From IMG/VR virus record IMGVR_UViG_3300014839_000007: a stretch of DNA of 64,000 bases; one strand, 5' to 3'. Positions 30,327 to 41,384 of this stretch are shown piece by piece. Within the stretch, counting starts at the first letter, position 1, and every line of letters begins with the position of its first letter. The position numbers and the translations under genes were made by a program. The notes under the pieces were generated by a model. It saw only the letters and a list, made by a program, of their open reading frames with translations. It was not told the origin of the DNA and ran no database searches. The DNA is from a virus.

Positions 30327-30917
30327 TTAACTAAATTCTATAATCATCTTTCCTTTTTTAGGAACTCTTGAAAAGTAAAAGAATGCTTCCCATTCTTCAA
30401 TTTGTTTTACTAATTTTCCAAAACTTTTAATATAATATTCTTTTGGTTTAATATGAATCTTCGTTATAACTTTTTTGTAGTCTCCATATAATTTATAATC
30501 TAACTGGACATTCTTAAATTCATAAGGCAATTTCCATGTTCTTTCCTTAATATTTTTTACAATAACTACTTTTTTAGTCCCAAGATAACCATTAAAGATT
30601 TTTTGGTTCCATTTATCTATCCAATTATTATATTCTGGATAAAAAATTAATCCAATTAGATAATTAATAAACAGTAATCCAATAAAAGCATAATACCATA
30701 GATTATCTGTATGCCCTATAATTAGTTTTAATATAAAACTTAGTATAAAACACAATAAAGCTGCACTAATAAGGATTAACCCATTTATATTCGGGCCAAA
30801 TCTACTTTTCTTAAATCCACCTTTTTTTTGAGGATTAATTAGTTTAACTTTCTTTTTCTTAAAGTCAATTATTACCTCAGCTAAATCTCCTGAATCGCCT
30901 GCTTGATACGTTTTCAT
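30327..30917 (-). CDS. membrane protein (3 TM)
   Basis: Hydrophobic helices LILISAALLCFILSFILKLIIG and YYAFIGLLFINYLIGLIFY. Confidence 0.4.
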   Translation of the reverse strand: MKTYQAGDSGDLAEVIIDFKKKKVKLINPQKKGGFKKSRFGPNINGLILISAALLCFILSFILKLIIGHTDNLWYYAFIGLLFINYLIGLIFYPEYNNWIDKWNQKIFNGYLGTKKVVIVKNIKERTWKLPYEFKNVQLDYKLYGDYKKVITKIHIKPKEYYIKSFGKLVKQIEEWEAFFYFSRVPKKGKMIIEFS

Positions 30918-31045
30918 ATATTACTCCTAAAAGTCTACTTCACAGACTGGGTCTCCGAAGATTCTTCCTTTCTTAGGGGTTTCAACTTCTATGTCATCTT
31001 CTTCAACTTCTTCAACTACCTTTTTCTTTGCCATTTTACACCTCC

Positions 31046-31648
31046 TTATATTTTAGATAATAACACAATTTTATTAATAACACCTTGAAAATCTTTCTTT
31101 ATCTTTCTTCTTGGAATTTTTTTCATTTCAAAAAGATGTTTAATATATCCAATATATTCATTTGTAGCAAATTCATAAGACAATTCTTTGTTATAATTAC
31201 CAGGCTTTATATCGCCTCTTTCCCATATTTTAACATAAGAATAAAAGCTCTCTTTTTTTCTAAATATAAATTTATTTTTAAGAACTTCTGCATTTCCCTT
31301 ATCTTTATATCTCTCATCTGGAGAAGTATATTCTGAGCAAACAGCAATTATATGATTTATAGAATAACAATCATTATCTGTTTGGGGATTAAAATATCTT
31401 ATTTCAAAGTTAAATCTTTCCTTCTCTTTTGAAGAGTGTGATTCATAAGCATCGATTGTTAATATTAATGTATTACAATCATATACTGAAATTGTAAAAG
31501 TCGTATAATTTCTCCAAGCTTCATCTTTTATATCTGTTACCTTAAAATCAAAGTCTAAAAACTTATAGTCTTTTTTATTTAACCAAGCCTTACTTATAGT
31601 TAAAGATTTTAATTGACTTAGACGTCCCATTCTATTTCTTGCACTCAT
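31046..31648 (-). CDS. hypothetical protein (200 aa)
   Basis: ORF preceded by a motif copy (GGTATGGGATTTTATATTCA) about 20 nt upstream of an AGAGGA Shine-Dalgarno. Confidence 0.35.
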   Translation of the reverse strand: MSARNRMGRLSQLKSLTISKAWLNKKDYKFLDFDFKVTDIKDEAWRNYTTFTISVYDCNTLILTIDAYESHSSKEKERFNFEIRYFNPQTDNDCYSINHIIAVCSEYTSPDERYKDKGNAEVLKNKFIFRKKESFYSYVKIWERGDIKPGNYNKELSYEFATNEYIGYIKHLFEMKKIPRRKIKKDFQGVINKIVLLSKI

Positions 31649-31659
31649 ATTTTTTCCTC

Positions 31660-31985
31660 TTTTTGAATATAAAATCCCATACCATAACTGAATGGACCGT
31701 GCATCACCCTACCTGAGTAAATCGCACTGTATCATACACTACTCCATGAATATAATCCTTACCACAACAAATTAAACTCCACGCCATCGTACTCCACCCA
31801 ACTGCAATGGAACTCAACTATAATTAATGAATATGAAATCCTTACCTTAACCTTAACATAGCGGAAGTTACCACACTGGAATACACTCCAATATGACTAT
31901 GAATATAATCCATACCTTAACGGACCGGGGCTTACTCCGCCTGACTCAACGGCAACTTACTACACTATATTGCACCGGAATAAAT
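31660..31985. repeat. array C: 5 units of the same roughly 70-80-bp repeat
   Basis: Motif starts near 31664, 31747, 31828, 31899 and 31977. Confidence 0.7.
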
Positions 31986-32237
31986 ATAATCTGGTTTTGG
32001 ACTTTTATATTGTTCATAATCCAAAACTGTTTTTAATACACCATCACTTATTATTAAATACATTTCATTATACTTTAAAACAAAATTAAATTTATTTGTT
32101 TCTTCAATAAGTTCCCCATCTTTTAATGCTTTTTTCAATAAGATAATAGTTTGTTTTTTATCTTTTAATTCAAACCTTTGTCTTGCTCTCATTATAGCAT
32201 GACTGCTTATATCGGTTAATCCATTTCTTTTTATCAT
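31965..32237 (-). CDS. hypothetical protein
   Basis: The start codon is immediately preceded by GTTGAGGTAAAGATT, the Shine-Dalgarno-like half of the repeat motif. Confidence 0.3.
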   Translation of the reverse strand: MIKRNGLTDISSHAIMRARQRFELKDKKQTIILLKKALKDGELIEETNKFNFVLKYNEMYLIISDGVLKTVLDYEQYKSPKPDYIYSGAI

Positions 32238-33041
32238 AATCTTTACCTCAACTCACTAAACATACCATACTGGAATGGAACCCACTCCGCTTGACTCAAC
32301 TAGAGTATAATTATTGATTTGCTTTTAATTCTTCGGCATATTCAATTAATTCTTCATCTGTTGTAAAATTAATCTTATCTTCTGTTTGTGCACATTCTAA
32401 GTGCCACTTACCTTCACTAATTTCCCAACCATATTCTTCACATAATTCTAATGCTTCTTTAATATCCATTATTTTGCTTCCTGCCTAATACTATTAAGTA
32501 TTTTCACTCTTTCTTCTTCTGCTTTCTTTAAATCAATTCCAAAATATTCTCCTAATATTTTTTCTCTATCTAAATAAATGGTCACAAGTTGTTCTTCATC
32601 AAATTCATCAAACTTTTTGTATTCAGCAATATGGTATCCTTTCTCTCCTAACAGCCAATCTAAAAATTCTCCTATTGCTTGTGATTTTTCTCTAATCTTT
32701 CTTATCTTATCTAATTCTGGCGTTTCTATTTTTTCCATTTAAATTACCTTTAAAATTTTAAGTGCCTTTTGTATTGTATCTTCATATTGTTTTTCATTCA
32801 TTGTATTTGGATTATAATTAACAATTGGATTTAATTTCTTAATTCCAAAAAGGTGTCTTTTCTTTTGTTTGTAAATAATTACTTCTAATAAGTTTAAAAT
32901 AGTTGAGCATTCCATACCCAATTTATCATTGACAATTGTCAAATCCAAATTTTCAGTTTTACTAGTCTTTTCACTTAAAACAATTAATCTAGGATATCTT
33001 ACTACTTCGTATTCTTCTTTTTTCTTTTCCATATTTCCTCC

Positions 33042-33356
33042 TTATAAATTTTCTGCAATCTTTTCTTTAGCATATTCCCCAAATTCATATTCTTCAAATT
33101 CTATGCTTTCCTTTTCTTCTTTAATATGTTCCGTTATACAATCTTCACAAAAATAATCATCACATACAGGGCACGAACTCATCTCTTCAGTGCAATTCCC
33201 GCACTTGTCACAAATTATATTACTTTCTGTCTCTGGTTCTTCTATGCAATCATGTTCTGCCTTACAATCTTCACATAGAGGCTCATCACATACACCGCAA
33301 ACATAAATTGTGTCTTCTTTTTCAAATTCTTTATTACAATCAAAACATTCTACCAT
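33042..33356 (-). CDS. Cys-rich acidic multi-Zn-finger protein
   Basis: Six or more CxxC pairs (CFDC, CGVCDEPLCEDC, CDKCGNC, CPVCDDYFCEDC). Confidence 0.4.
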   Translation of the reverse strand: MVECFDCNKEFEKEDTIYVCGVCDEPLCEDCKAEHDCIEEPETESNIICDKCGNCTEEMSSCPVCDDYFCEDCITEHIKEEKESIEFEEYEFGEYAKEKIAENL

Positions 33357-33893
33357 TTAATCAGTATCAATCATAAATTCAATTTCTTTAACCATCTCTT
33401 TATACAATTTTGTTTTCTTGAATTTATCTAACCCCTTTCCATTTTTGTCTACAATCAAATAACCATAACAATATTCAAGTATTTCTCTTGCTGTGCCTTC
33501 TGTTTCCATTTTAACCTCCTTCATCCAATTCTTGAAAGCATAATCTAAAACTTTTATTACATTTTTTACTCCCAAATCTCATAACCACTATGGAAAGCAC
33601 TTTTACAAGGGTTAATAGAATAAACCATTTGATTTTTACAATAAGGACAAGTATAAGTCAAAAGATGATTTACCTCTAACTTTTTGTGAGAAACTTTATG
33701 TTTCTTTTCTGTTATTATTTCTCCATTACTAATAATCATTCCTACCATTTTTGTAACTCTCTTTCTATATCCTTTAATTCTGCATCTCTTGTATATTTCT
33801 CGTTTTCAGTAATCTGCAGAACATTCCAAACTTTTTCTTTCCTTTTTTTAATTAAATTCTTAAATTTTATTAGCGTAAACTTCTTTGGTTGTT

Positions 33894-34250
33894 TCATTTC
33901 TTCTCCTTAAAATTTGCTTTCAATTTATTCTTAAAATTCTCTTTCATTGTTTTAGGAAAATCAATCTCATTGCTCCATTCTTCAAAAAAGTTATCGGTAA
34001 TTTCTAAAACATTTTTAATGGCTTGCTGTTTTCCCTTTTCTTCTATTTGTAAAGGGGTTATTGCAGAAACTTTATAACCTTCATCTATTAAATCCTTTAT
34101 AGAATAAATGTCTCCATCATCTAATACCCAACCATCATCATCTTTAATTCCATATATTTTATTTCCTTCAAAAAGGTAATTTTCTATAATTATTATTCCT
34201 TTCATATCTGCTTCTTTTTCTAACTTTTCAATTTTATTTTCTTTAGTCAT
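33894..34250 (-). CDS. conserved hypothetical protein, paralog of 19660..19995
   Basis: See 19660..19995. N-terminal 15-aa extension. Confidence 0.45.
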   Translation of the reverse strand: MTKENKIEKLEKEADMKGIIIIENYLFEGNKIYGIKDDDGWVLDDGDIYSIKDLIDEGYKVSAITPLQIEEKGKQQAIKNVLEITDNFFEEWSNEIDFPKTMKENFKNKLKANFKEKK

Positions 34251-34500
34251 TTTTTCTCCTTTATTTTTATATATTCTTTTTTACTAATTCTTTTCCATTT
34301 ATTTAAAATTCTTCCTTCATTGAATTGGCAGTAACACATTCCTGCTCCTCCACTTCCACATTCATATAAGATATCACTTTCTATTGTGATACCTCCACAA
34401 TTTGGACACTTGTAATATTTTTCTTTAAATATTTTTCTTTAAATTTATTTCCTTCAAGAGCCTTTAATATCTCTTTCCTTAAATCTTTCTTGTGTTTCAT
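34247..34500 (-). pseudogene. RKEIxxLEG-module Zn-ribbon gene disrupted by a 14-bp tandem duplication (34417-34430 / 34431-34444)
   Basis: N-terminus MKHKKDLRKEILKALEGNKFKEKY ends in a stop. The Zn-ribbon part (KYYKCPNCGGITIESDILYECGSGGAGMCYCQF...) continues in another frame. The plus strand shows atttttctttaaat twice in tandem. Confidence 0.4.
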
Positions 34501-34720
34501 ATAAAATAATCCTCACCATACTGAAACTTACTATGACTTAGACATACCGAGCTCCACTCCGCCTAAATTAAATATTATTGATTGCTATCCCATTTATAAT
34601 ATAGTCTACAATTCCGTTTTTAATACAAACCTTCCTTGTAGAGCCATCACTATAAATTTCAATAGCAATCAATTTACCATCCTCTTTTCCATATTCCACT
34701 ACTTCTAAATTTGCCATCTT

Positions 34721-35260
34721 TTACCTCCTATTCCCTCTTTTCTTTCCTTTCTTAGGTTTAGCCTTTTTCAATATTTTCTTCTTAGTCTTTTTTATTGAAT
34801 TAAACACTAAAGAAAGTTCTTTGTATTGGATATATCTTTCTCTCCAATCATCTGCTTCTTCTATTGCTCCTACTAAAACCTGTTTTCTCAATTCCGGTTC
34901 TTCCATAGCTCTTTCTACGCTAATATATACCTTATTCAGTTTCTTTTGATTAGGAGTTTCATTTATACTAAACCAACTCTTAACGTCTTTCTTTTTATGG
35001 TCATACGTTATTTCTACAGTTATATGGTTAATCAAATTCCTCGCTTGCCATAATCTATATTTCTCTGCTGCTTTAGTATCGTCCCAATCAAAAAAACTAT
35101 GCAATGGATTATTTCTTTTTCTAGCCTCATTAACTACATCTATGGGGTCAATTGTCCTATTATTCCTTTCTTCAATCTTCTTAAGACATTCTCCATAAAT
35201 CTGTGCTTTCTTTTTATTAAAAGGTGCTCCATACGTTGCTCTATACTTTTTATTTGTCAT
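34721..35260 (-). CDS. hypothetical protein with basic C-terminal tail
   Basis: KKAKPKKGKKRGNRR tail. Confidence 0.35.
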   Translation of the reverse strand: MTNKKYRATYGAPFNKKKAQIYGECLKKIEERNNRTIDPIDVVNEARKRNNPLHSFFDWDDTKAAEKYRLWQARNLINHITVEITYDHKKKDVKSWFSINETPNQKKLNKVYISVERAMEEPELRKQVLVGAIEEADDWRERYIQYKELSLVFNSIKKTKKKILKKAKPKKGKKRGNRR

Positions 35261-35296
35261 CTTAAATTACCTCCTTTCAGTTTTATACAAATATTA

Positions 35297-35518
35297 TTAT
35301 GATTGGTCTTTAAGTTCCTCAACCCTTCTCCAACGATAAAACCTATTTTCAAATTCTTTTTTATCTACAAACTTTTTCAAACATTCTGCTCCACAAAATT
35401 GATAAGTAACTCCACCATCCATACTTTCAGTTAGTGTAAATCTCATTTGATTTTCAGAACATTCGCAACTTTCAATTTCTCCTTTACAATTATCACAAAA
35501 TATTTTATTTATTTCCAT
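35297..35518 (-). CDS. Zn-ribbon protein
   Basis: CDNCKGEIESCEC...CGAEC. Confidence 0.3.
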   Translation of the reverse strand: MEINKIFCDNCKGEIESCECSENQMRFTLTESMDGGVTYQFCGAECLKKFVDKKEFENRFYRWRRVEELKDQS

Positions 35519-36723
35519 TTGTTTCTCTCTTCATATAAATCATTCTTCCATAAATTACCCTTTATAAAATACCACCAAATAACCTTAACTCCAACAATTA
35601 CTATTAATATAAACATTACAAAAAACATTATTCCAAACATTATATCTAAAATAATCATTTCTTCTTGTTTTTCTCTTTATTTACTTCAACCCACCATTGT
35701 CCATTTTCATAAACTAAATTTAAATTAAGTTCCTTAGCCAATTCTGGAGTAAGCATAATCTTATAATATTTATCTTTTATATCATCCCAATTCTCAATTT
35801 CAAATTTATTTTTCATTTTTTAATTCCAAATCTACCACATTACTATAATTTTCTACCCAATTATAAAAGTCATCTAAATTTTCATCTGCTAAATCTCCTG
35901 TATCTGCTTCATAAAAACTAATGTATTTTTCTAATTCTTTTGGTATCTTCATTGTAATTCCTCATAAAGTCTTCTTCTATTCCATTCATCAGTCATACTA
36001 ATAAATATATTGATATCTTCATCTTTTAACTGGCAACGAAGATAAGCAGAAGCTAAACACTCAAATTCTTTATCTTTCCTTTCAAGTGTAAAAGCAGTAG
36101 AGCACATAATCTTCCTAAAGTGTTCTAATTGAGCAAAGAACAACTCCCTTGCCTGTCCATTTGTTTTATTATATATCTCTGTTAATTCTTCTTTGGTATA
36201 TTTCATTTTTCCTCATTCAATAAAGTAATGAAATTCTCCATTACTACCAATTCCATCAATAGAATCCTCATCATAATCAAATATTTCTACACCATCATCT
36301 TTTAATTCTTTTAATTCTTCCTTTAATCTTTTTCTACAAATCTTTCGATTACCTTTTATTAATACTTCATGCCTCCCACCATCATCGTTATTCACCATAA
36401 ATAATTTCATTTTTATCCTATTCTTTGTTTATCAACTTCTTCGTCATTATCAATATCAACCCCAAGGCTTTTAAATGCAGAAGTTAGTAAGGCTAATAAT
36501 GTTCTGGCATCTTCTTTTCCAAGTAAGGGATAAAGATATGCTTCACTAATAAATGGTTGTTCACAATCTTCATCTGTAACTATTTCACCATATTCTTTCT
36601 TAGGAAAAGATTTTTCTGGATAATTGATTTTACCAATTGCTTTTAAATCAACACCTTCTGGGGTCCAACTTAATAATTCAATAATTTCTTTAGTTAATTT
36701 TTTCTTTTTTATTTCTGTCATTT

Positions 36724-37200
36724 TTAATCTAATTTATGTTCTATTTTATTTACATACTGATAAATTCCACAAATACCTGTGTATTCTGTTTTATCATAAT
36801 CTACAATTTTATTCAAATTCTCCGTAGATAGATATTTCTTAAATCTCTCTTTATACACAAAGCTAACTCCTATGTAAATCCTATCATTAATTTTTTTAAG
36901 ATATTCATTAAGTCTTTTGAACCATTCTATAATACATCCTTCACGAACTCTCTCAAATCTTCTCTGAGATTGTCCACCCTGCCTTTGCTTATTAGGTATA
37001 GTAGAATGAATATCAAAAATCTTTTCTATTCCGCCATCAGTAAAAACATTCGCACAATAAGCTTCTTGTAAATCCAAGACCAATATTGTGTATTTTATTT
37101 TTCTGTCGGTATCTAACTTCAATAGTTCTTTTCCACAATGGTATTTCTTTTCTTTTCTCTCGTAGGGAACTATTGTTAAATCATCGTCATCCCAATACAT
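36724..37200 (-). CDS. stand-alone release-factor aRF1/eRF1 domain-2-like protein with GGQ motif
   Basis: IPNKQRQGGQSQRRFERVREGCIIEWFKRLNE aligns to the aRF1/eRF1 GGQ loop and helix (eRF1: [28 protein letters not shown]). Flanking ILVLDLQEAY matches eRF1 FIVIDGSGALF. Only about 158 aa, so no N or C domains. Confidence 0.6.
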   Translation of the reverse strand: MYWDDDDLTIVPYERKEKKYHCGKELLKLDTDRKIKYTILVLDLQEAYCANVFTDGGIEKIFDIHSTIPNKQRQGGQSQRRFERVREGCIIEWFKRLNEYLKKINDRIYIGVSFVYKERFKKYLSTENLNKIVDYDKTEYTGICGIYQYVNKIEHKLD

Positions 37201-37427
37201 AGAGATACCTGTTTCCTTGGTAGAACTAAAGATATTGCTGAATTTTATTCAAGCCTTCAAGTGTAGACCTACGAGTATTCTTATCTCTAATATTCTTTGC
37301 AGAGCTAATTTCCTCGTTAAGGTTAAAGCTACTACTATCTTTTGGTATATGTAATGTTATCATTTTTATTGCCTCGTTGAATATGCCCAAACACGAATAC
37401 TATATTCGTGCGTGGGAAAACGGATTA

Positions 37428-37562
37428 TTACTTATATGTTATCTCTGGACTTTTCTTCCAAGCTGGTTTTCCACACTTGTTACAATTTAGAGGATTAACT
37501 CCATACCATTCTTGTGGTATAGTTTCTGCTCCACAATGTGGACATTTATTTTTTCTTTCCAT
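37428..37562 (-). CDS. tiny Zn-ribbon protein (about 44 aa)
   Basis: Hand-translated as MERKNKCPHCGAETIPQEWYGVNPLNCNKCGKPAWKKSPEIT. Confidence 0.3.
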   Translation of the reverse strand: MERKNKCPHCGAETIPQEWYGVNPLNCNKCGKPAWKKSPEITYK

Positions 37563-38386
37563 TTTTTATTTACTATTATCCTCATCCTTGACATTCGGTA
37601 AATACAGAGTGTCAGAATTGTCTACTCCTGTCTCCTGTAACTGAGGATTATTAATTATTTCCATTTGTTATCCTTTTATATTTTTTATTAGCATTAATAG
37701 GAACGAAAAGCGACAACATTTCATCCTGTTAAGCCTTCCATAATAATATCCTTTTTTATCTTACTAACCTCTTCTTCACCAAGGAGTATTATAAACCTTA
37801 CCATACACCTACAACATATATTTACAGTATGGCTTTGCCTAAAACTAGCCTTAGCATCCCTAAAATATTTTTCCCCTTTATTTATCTTGCCGCCACAACA
37901 AACGCACATATATCTATTACCTTCGGCAGTGAATATTTTATCAAATTTATCTATCATAAAGTATTTGCAATCAATTGCTTACCGAATTTAGTCTTTATAT
38001 CCTCTAAAAACAATTCATATTTTTCTAAAATTTCTTTTTCATTTTTTAGATAATTTATCAAATGCAATTTAAGTTCTGGATAGACCTGTTCTATAAGGAA
38101 CTTATCAACCAGTTTTTGGTCTATCATATTAATACCAAAATTCCTTCTATATTCGTGAGAATCTGATGTATCCATATATAAATTGGCATGCCCCTGTTTT
38201 AAAATTATAGAATTTATATTAATACTCTTTTTACTCAATTCTTCATCTCCTACCCAATCTTCATCTTCATTATTTATGATATTTTCATTATACACTTTCC
38301 AGGGGGTAGTTAAAATTGCCCTATAATCTTCTTTAACATTAAGGGTTTTAACATTCTCTAAAAAATTAGAAAATGTTAATTTTTTC

Positions 38387-38767
38387 TTATCTTTTTCTAT
38401 AATCTCTAATAATTCTTTTTCTTTGTCTTTTAATTGTTTTAAAACTTTTATAATGGAATTCTGGAAGATAACCTATATCAGCAGTATTTTCTCCATAAGA
38501 GTCTGATTTAATAGAAATCCCTTTAACATTTAGATATACTTCCGTTCCTTCTTTTTTATCTTCTTCATCAGCATATGGACCACATATTTTAATTTTTGTT
38601 GGTTCTCTTTTTGAGTAAAAATTATCAAAAGCAATCCTGTAAATATTACTTATTTTCATTATATCACCAACCTTCTCAGAATAAGTATTTCTAATTTCTT
38701 TTGCAAGATTTTCAATCTCTTCAAATTTATATTTATTTTCTCTACATGCTTCTAGTATACTTGTCAT
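38387..38767 (-). CDS. hypothetical protein
   Basis: The start codon lies 2 nt downstream of a heptad element. Confidence 0.35.
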   Translation of the reverse strand: MTSILEACRENKYKFEEIENLAKEIRNTYSEKVGDIMKISNIYRIAFDNFYSKREPTKIKICGPYADEEDKKEGTEVYLNVKGISIKSDSYGENTADIGYLPEFHYKSFKTIKRQRKRIIRDYRKR

Positions 38768-38769
38768 TA

Positions 38770-38792
38770 TTTAGCCTTTAGCATTTAGCCAC
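38770..38792 (-). promoter_or_regulatory. triple heptad KGCTAAA element (copy 2)
   Basis: Plus strand tttagcctttagcatttagccac, identical to copy 1. It overlaps the stop of 38778..39083 (VAKC*). Confidence 0.5.
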
Positions 38793-39030
38793 TTCTTTTT
38801 TAATTTCCTTCAATAAGTTTGATATTAGATTAAAGTTATCATAAAACCCTTTCTTAATCGGTTTTCCTTCAGAAACAAATTTACCATATAACGCACTATT
38901 TATATCTTCCATATTCATTTTATTTTCTATAAATGTTTCAAATAAACCAAGCAACTCTAATTGAGAATAGTAATGGAAATGCGGTTCTAAATCCCAATAT
39001 CCTTTTCTTAATTCTTTAGCATAAGTCTTT

Positions 39031-39339
39031 TTATCCCACACAATCATTTTTCCATTCTTCCTCCTTATACCTTTTCTTCCCATCAGTATTTAATTCATTA
39101 TCATAATCAAAACGTATTTTAAAAGCATTCCCACATTTATGGCATTTAACAATTATTCCACCTTCAAGCTCCACACTATCATAATAGCCACTCTCAGCTT
39201 GGGCAAACCCATTAAATTCAACCACCTTGCTCATACATTTATTACAAACTATTGAAAACTTATCAAAATCCCACTTAGAAGATTTTTTATCCATATACTT
39301 CTCTTTAAACTCCTTTACACTCATTTTTGTTTCTTTCAT
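39031..39339 (-). CDS. Zn-ribbon protein
   Basis: CNKCMSK...CHKCGN. Confidence 0.3.
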   Translation of the reverse strand: MKETKMSVKEFKEKYMDKKSSKWDFDKFSIVCNKCMSKVVEFNGFAQAESGYYDSVELEGGIIVKCHKCGNAFKIRFDYDNELNTDGKKRYKEEEWKNDCVG

Positions 39340-39340
39340 T

Positions 39341-40057
39341 TTATTCCTTTAAAACATTAATCGTTACTGGATATCCAAATTTAATTTTGAATGCTTCCTT
39401 TAATTTTTTAGAATGAATTTCTATATCTTTTTCTGCATATTCTATTTCCCTTTTTAATTCTTCTTCTTGACTTGTTTCCCACTCTTTTAGAGTATCCTTA
39501 TTTAAGGAAATTTCCTTAATAGAAATATTTTTTGGATTGTAGAAATCTTCTAATAAGAAAGATTTAAGCCAATTAATCATTTTTTCTTTTACTTGTTCTA
39601 AGGGTAATTTTTCATTTTCATCAAATCCTTCACTACCACATCCACCAATAAAGCCATCATAATCTCCTTCATAAAATCCGTTTAAATGCTCAATAGGTTT
39701 TCTATCTCTAAGGTTAGTCTTCCAATCAGAAGAGTAATCGTGTTTGATAACAATTGTAACCTTTTTATCTTTTTGCTCTTTTTTCCTCTTCTTTTCTTCT
39801 TCTCTTAAATCTTTTACTTCTATCTTGTATTCTTTATCATATTTAGATTTAATCCGTTCAATTTCTTTCATAACTTCAACTTCATTTTTGCAAGTTATTT
39901 CATTTTTATCATCTCCATTGAATTCTATAGAATACTTCTCTTTTCTTCCTAAATGGATTGAAACTATCCCTTTTTTCCTTGAAGGTTTTCTAGCTTTAAT
40001 CTTTGGCTCAGATTTATCTTCTTTAAATAATTTTTCTTGCTTTATTTTTTCTTTCAA
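39341..40057 (-). CDS. lysine/glutamate-rich hypothetical protein
   Basis: Long charged low-complexity N-terminus plus a C-terminal globular part. Confidence 0.3.
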   Translation of the reverse strand: MKEKIKQEKLFKEDKSEPKIKARKPSRKKGIVSIHLGRKEKYSIEFNGDDKNEITCKNEVEVMKEIERIKSKYDKEYKIEVKDLREEEKKRKKEQKDKKVTIVIKHDYSSDWKTNLRDRKPIEHLNGFYEGDYDGFIGGCGSEGFDENEKLPLEQVKEKMINWLKSFLLEDFYNPKNISIKEISLNKDTLKEWETSQEEELKREIEYAEKDIEIHSKKLKEAFKIKFGYPVTINVLKE

Positions 40058-41384
40058 TTATATTTTTATATTCAGGAATATTTTTATATTTATCAAAGCA
40101 TTTAGAACAAACATATATCTTATTTTCAAATGTAAGGTCTCCACAACTTCTTGTTAATTCTGGATGTTCTTTGTCATAATTACCACACCCTATAGCTATA
40201 TGTTTTTTCTCTTTTTGACTTTTCATTTTTTCTCCAAAGCTTCATCAACATGCCTAATCGTGCTCATCAAGTCATCTTTCTTTAGATGTTTTGAATCAAA
40301 CAGATTTTCACTACCATACCTTCTATCAAACATGATACTTTGATTTAACTTTTTTAGTTCTGTAGTAGCTAATCTTTTTATGCTCAATAGCCTTTCTTTT
40401 GGCATAGTATTATAATTCTTTTTTGTCATTTTACTTTTATTTCTTTAATTGGATATCTTGTTTTAACAACCCTATCCACTAAATAACATTTACCTTCTTT
40501 CATATCAACAAGTAATAGGGGTTCTCCATCATCATAAGAATAATAAGAATCATACATCGTGCCTGCCCTATCTTTTAAGTCTTTCCCAGAATCATCAAAA
40601 AATTGAGAATAGAAACCATCAGTTAAATTATGGTGTTCAAGAACTACATACCTATTTGATTCGTTATTTATATCTTCTTCATGTTCAATATATTCTTCTT
40701 TACCATCAGTCAAATCTATATCTTTATTGCCAGTAATTTTTTTAACAGCTTTCTCTATCAAATGCCAAACTCTTTCAGTTCTTTTTCCTTCAAGAGACTC
40801 AACAATCATTTCTCTTTTTCCCATTTTACCCTATATAACTACATCGAGGCATATTTTTAGCCTTTTCTTCAATAAATTTATTCACCTCGCTTTCCATCAT
40901 CTTAACGATATCTGTTTGCGTTTTCTGCATTTTTCTCTCAACTCTCTTTTTCAATTTCATTGCTCCCTTTGGATTTTCCGCTTCAAATATCATCATCTTG
41001 AATTCGTTGATATCTGGTATTTTTTCTTCACCTTCTTCCATTTTTACCTCCTTGTTATTTAGTTTTTTCATTATACAGAATTTATAACATTATTTTTAAC
41101 ATATTCACCAAGATTTTCTCTAATATTCTTTTTTAATGCCTCTGCTGTTTTCTCTTGCTCCTTCAAAGACTCAGTAAAATTATCAATAAACTTATCTGAG
41201 CAATTTATACAAACTTTCATATAATGGACCCCTAAGCAATAGCATCCTTTCTTTATTTCTTTTCCACAAAGAGCACAAGTGCTATTCTGTCTTATTTTAA
41301 CAACACTCAACAAACCATCTTCCCACTTGAATAGTTCTGATTTTCCAAATTCTTTAGTCCTTCTCCTTCTCCAATTTATAGGCA

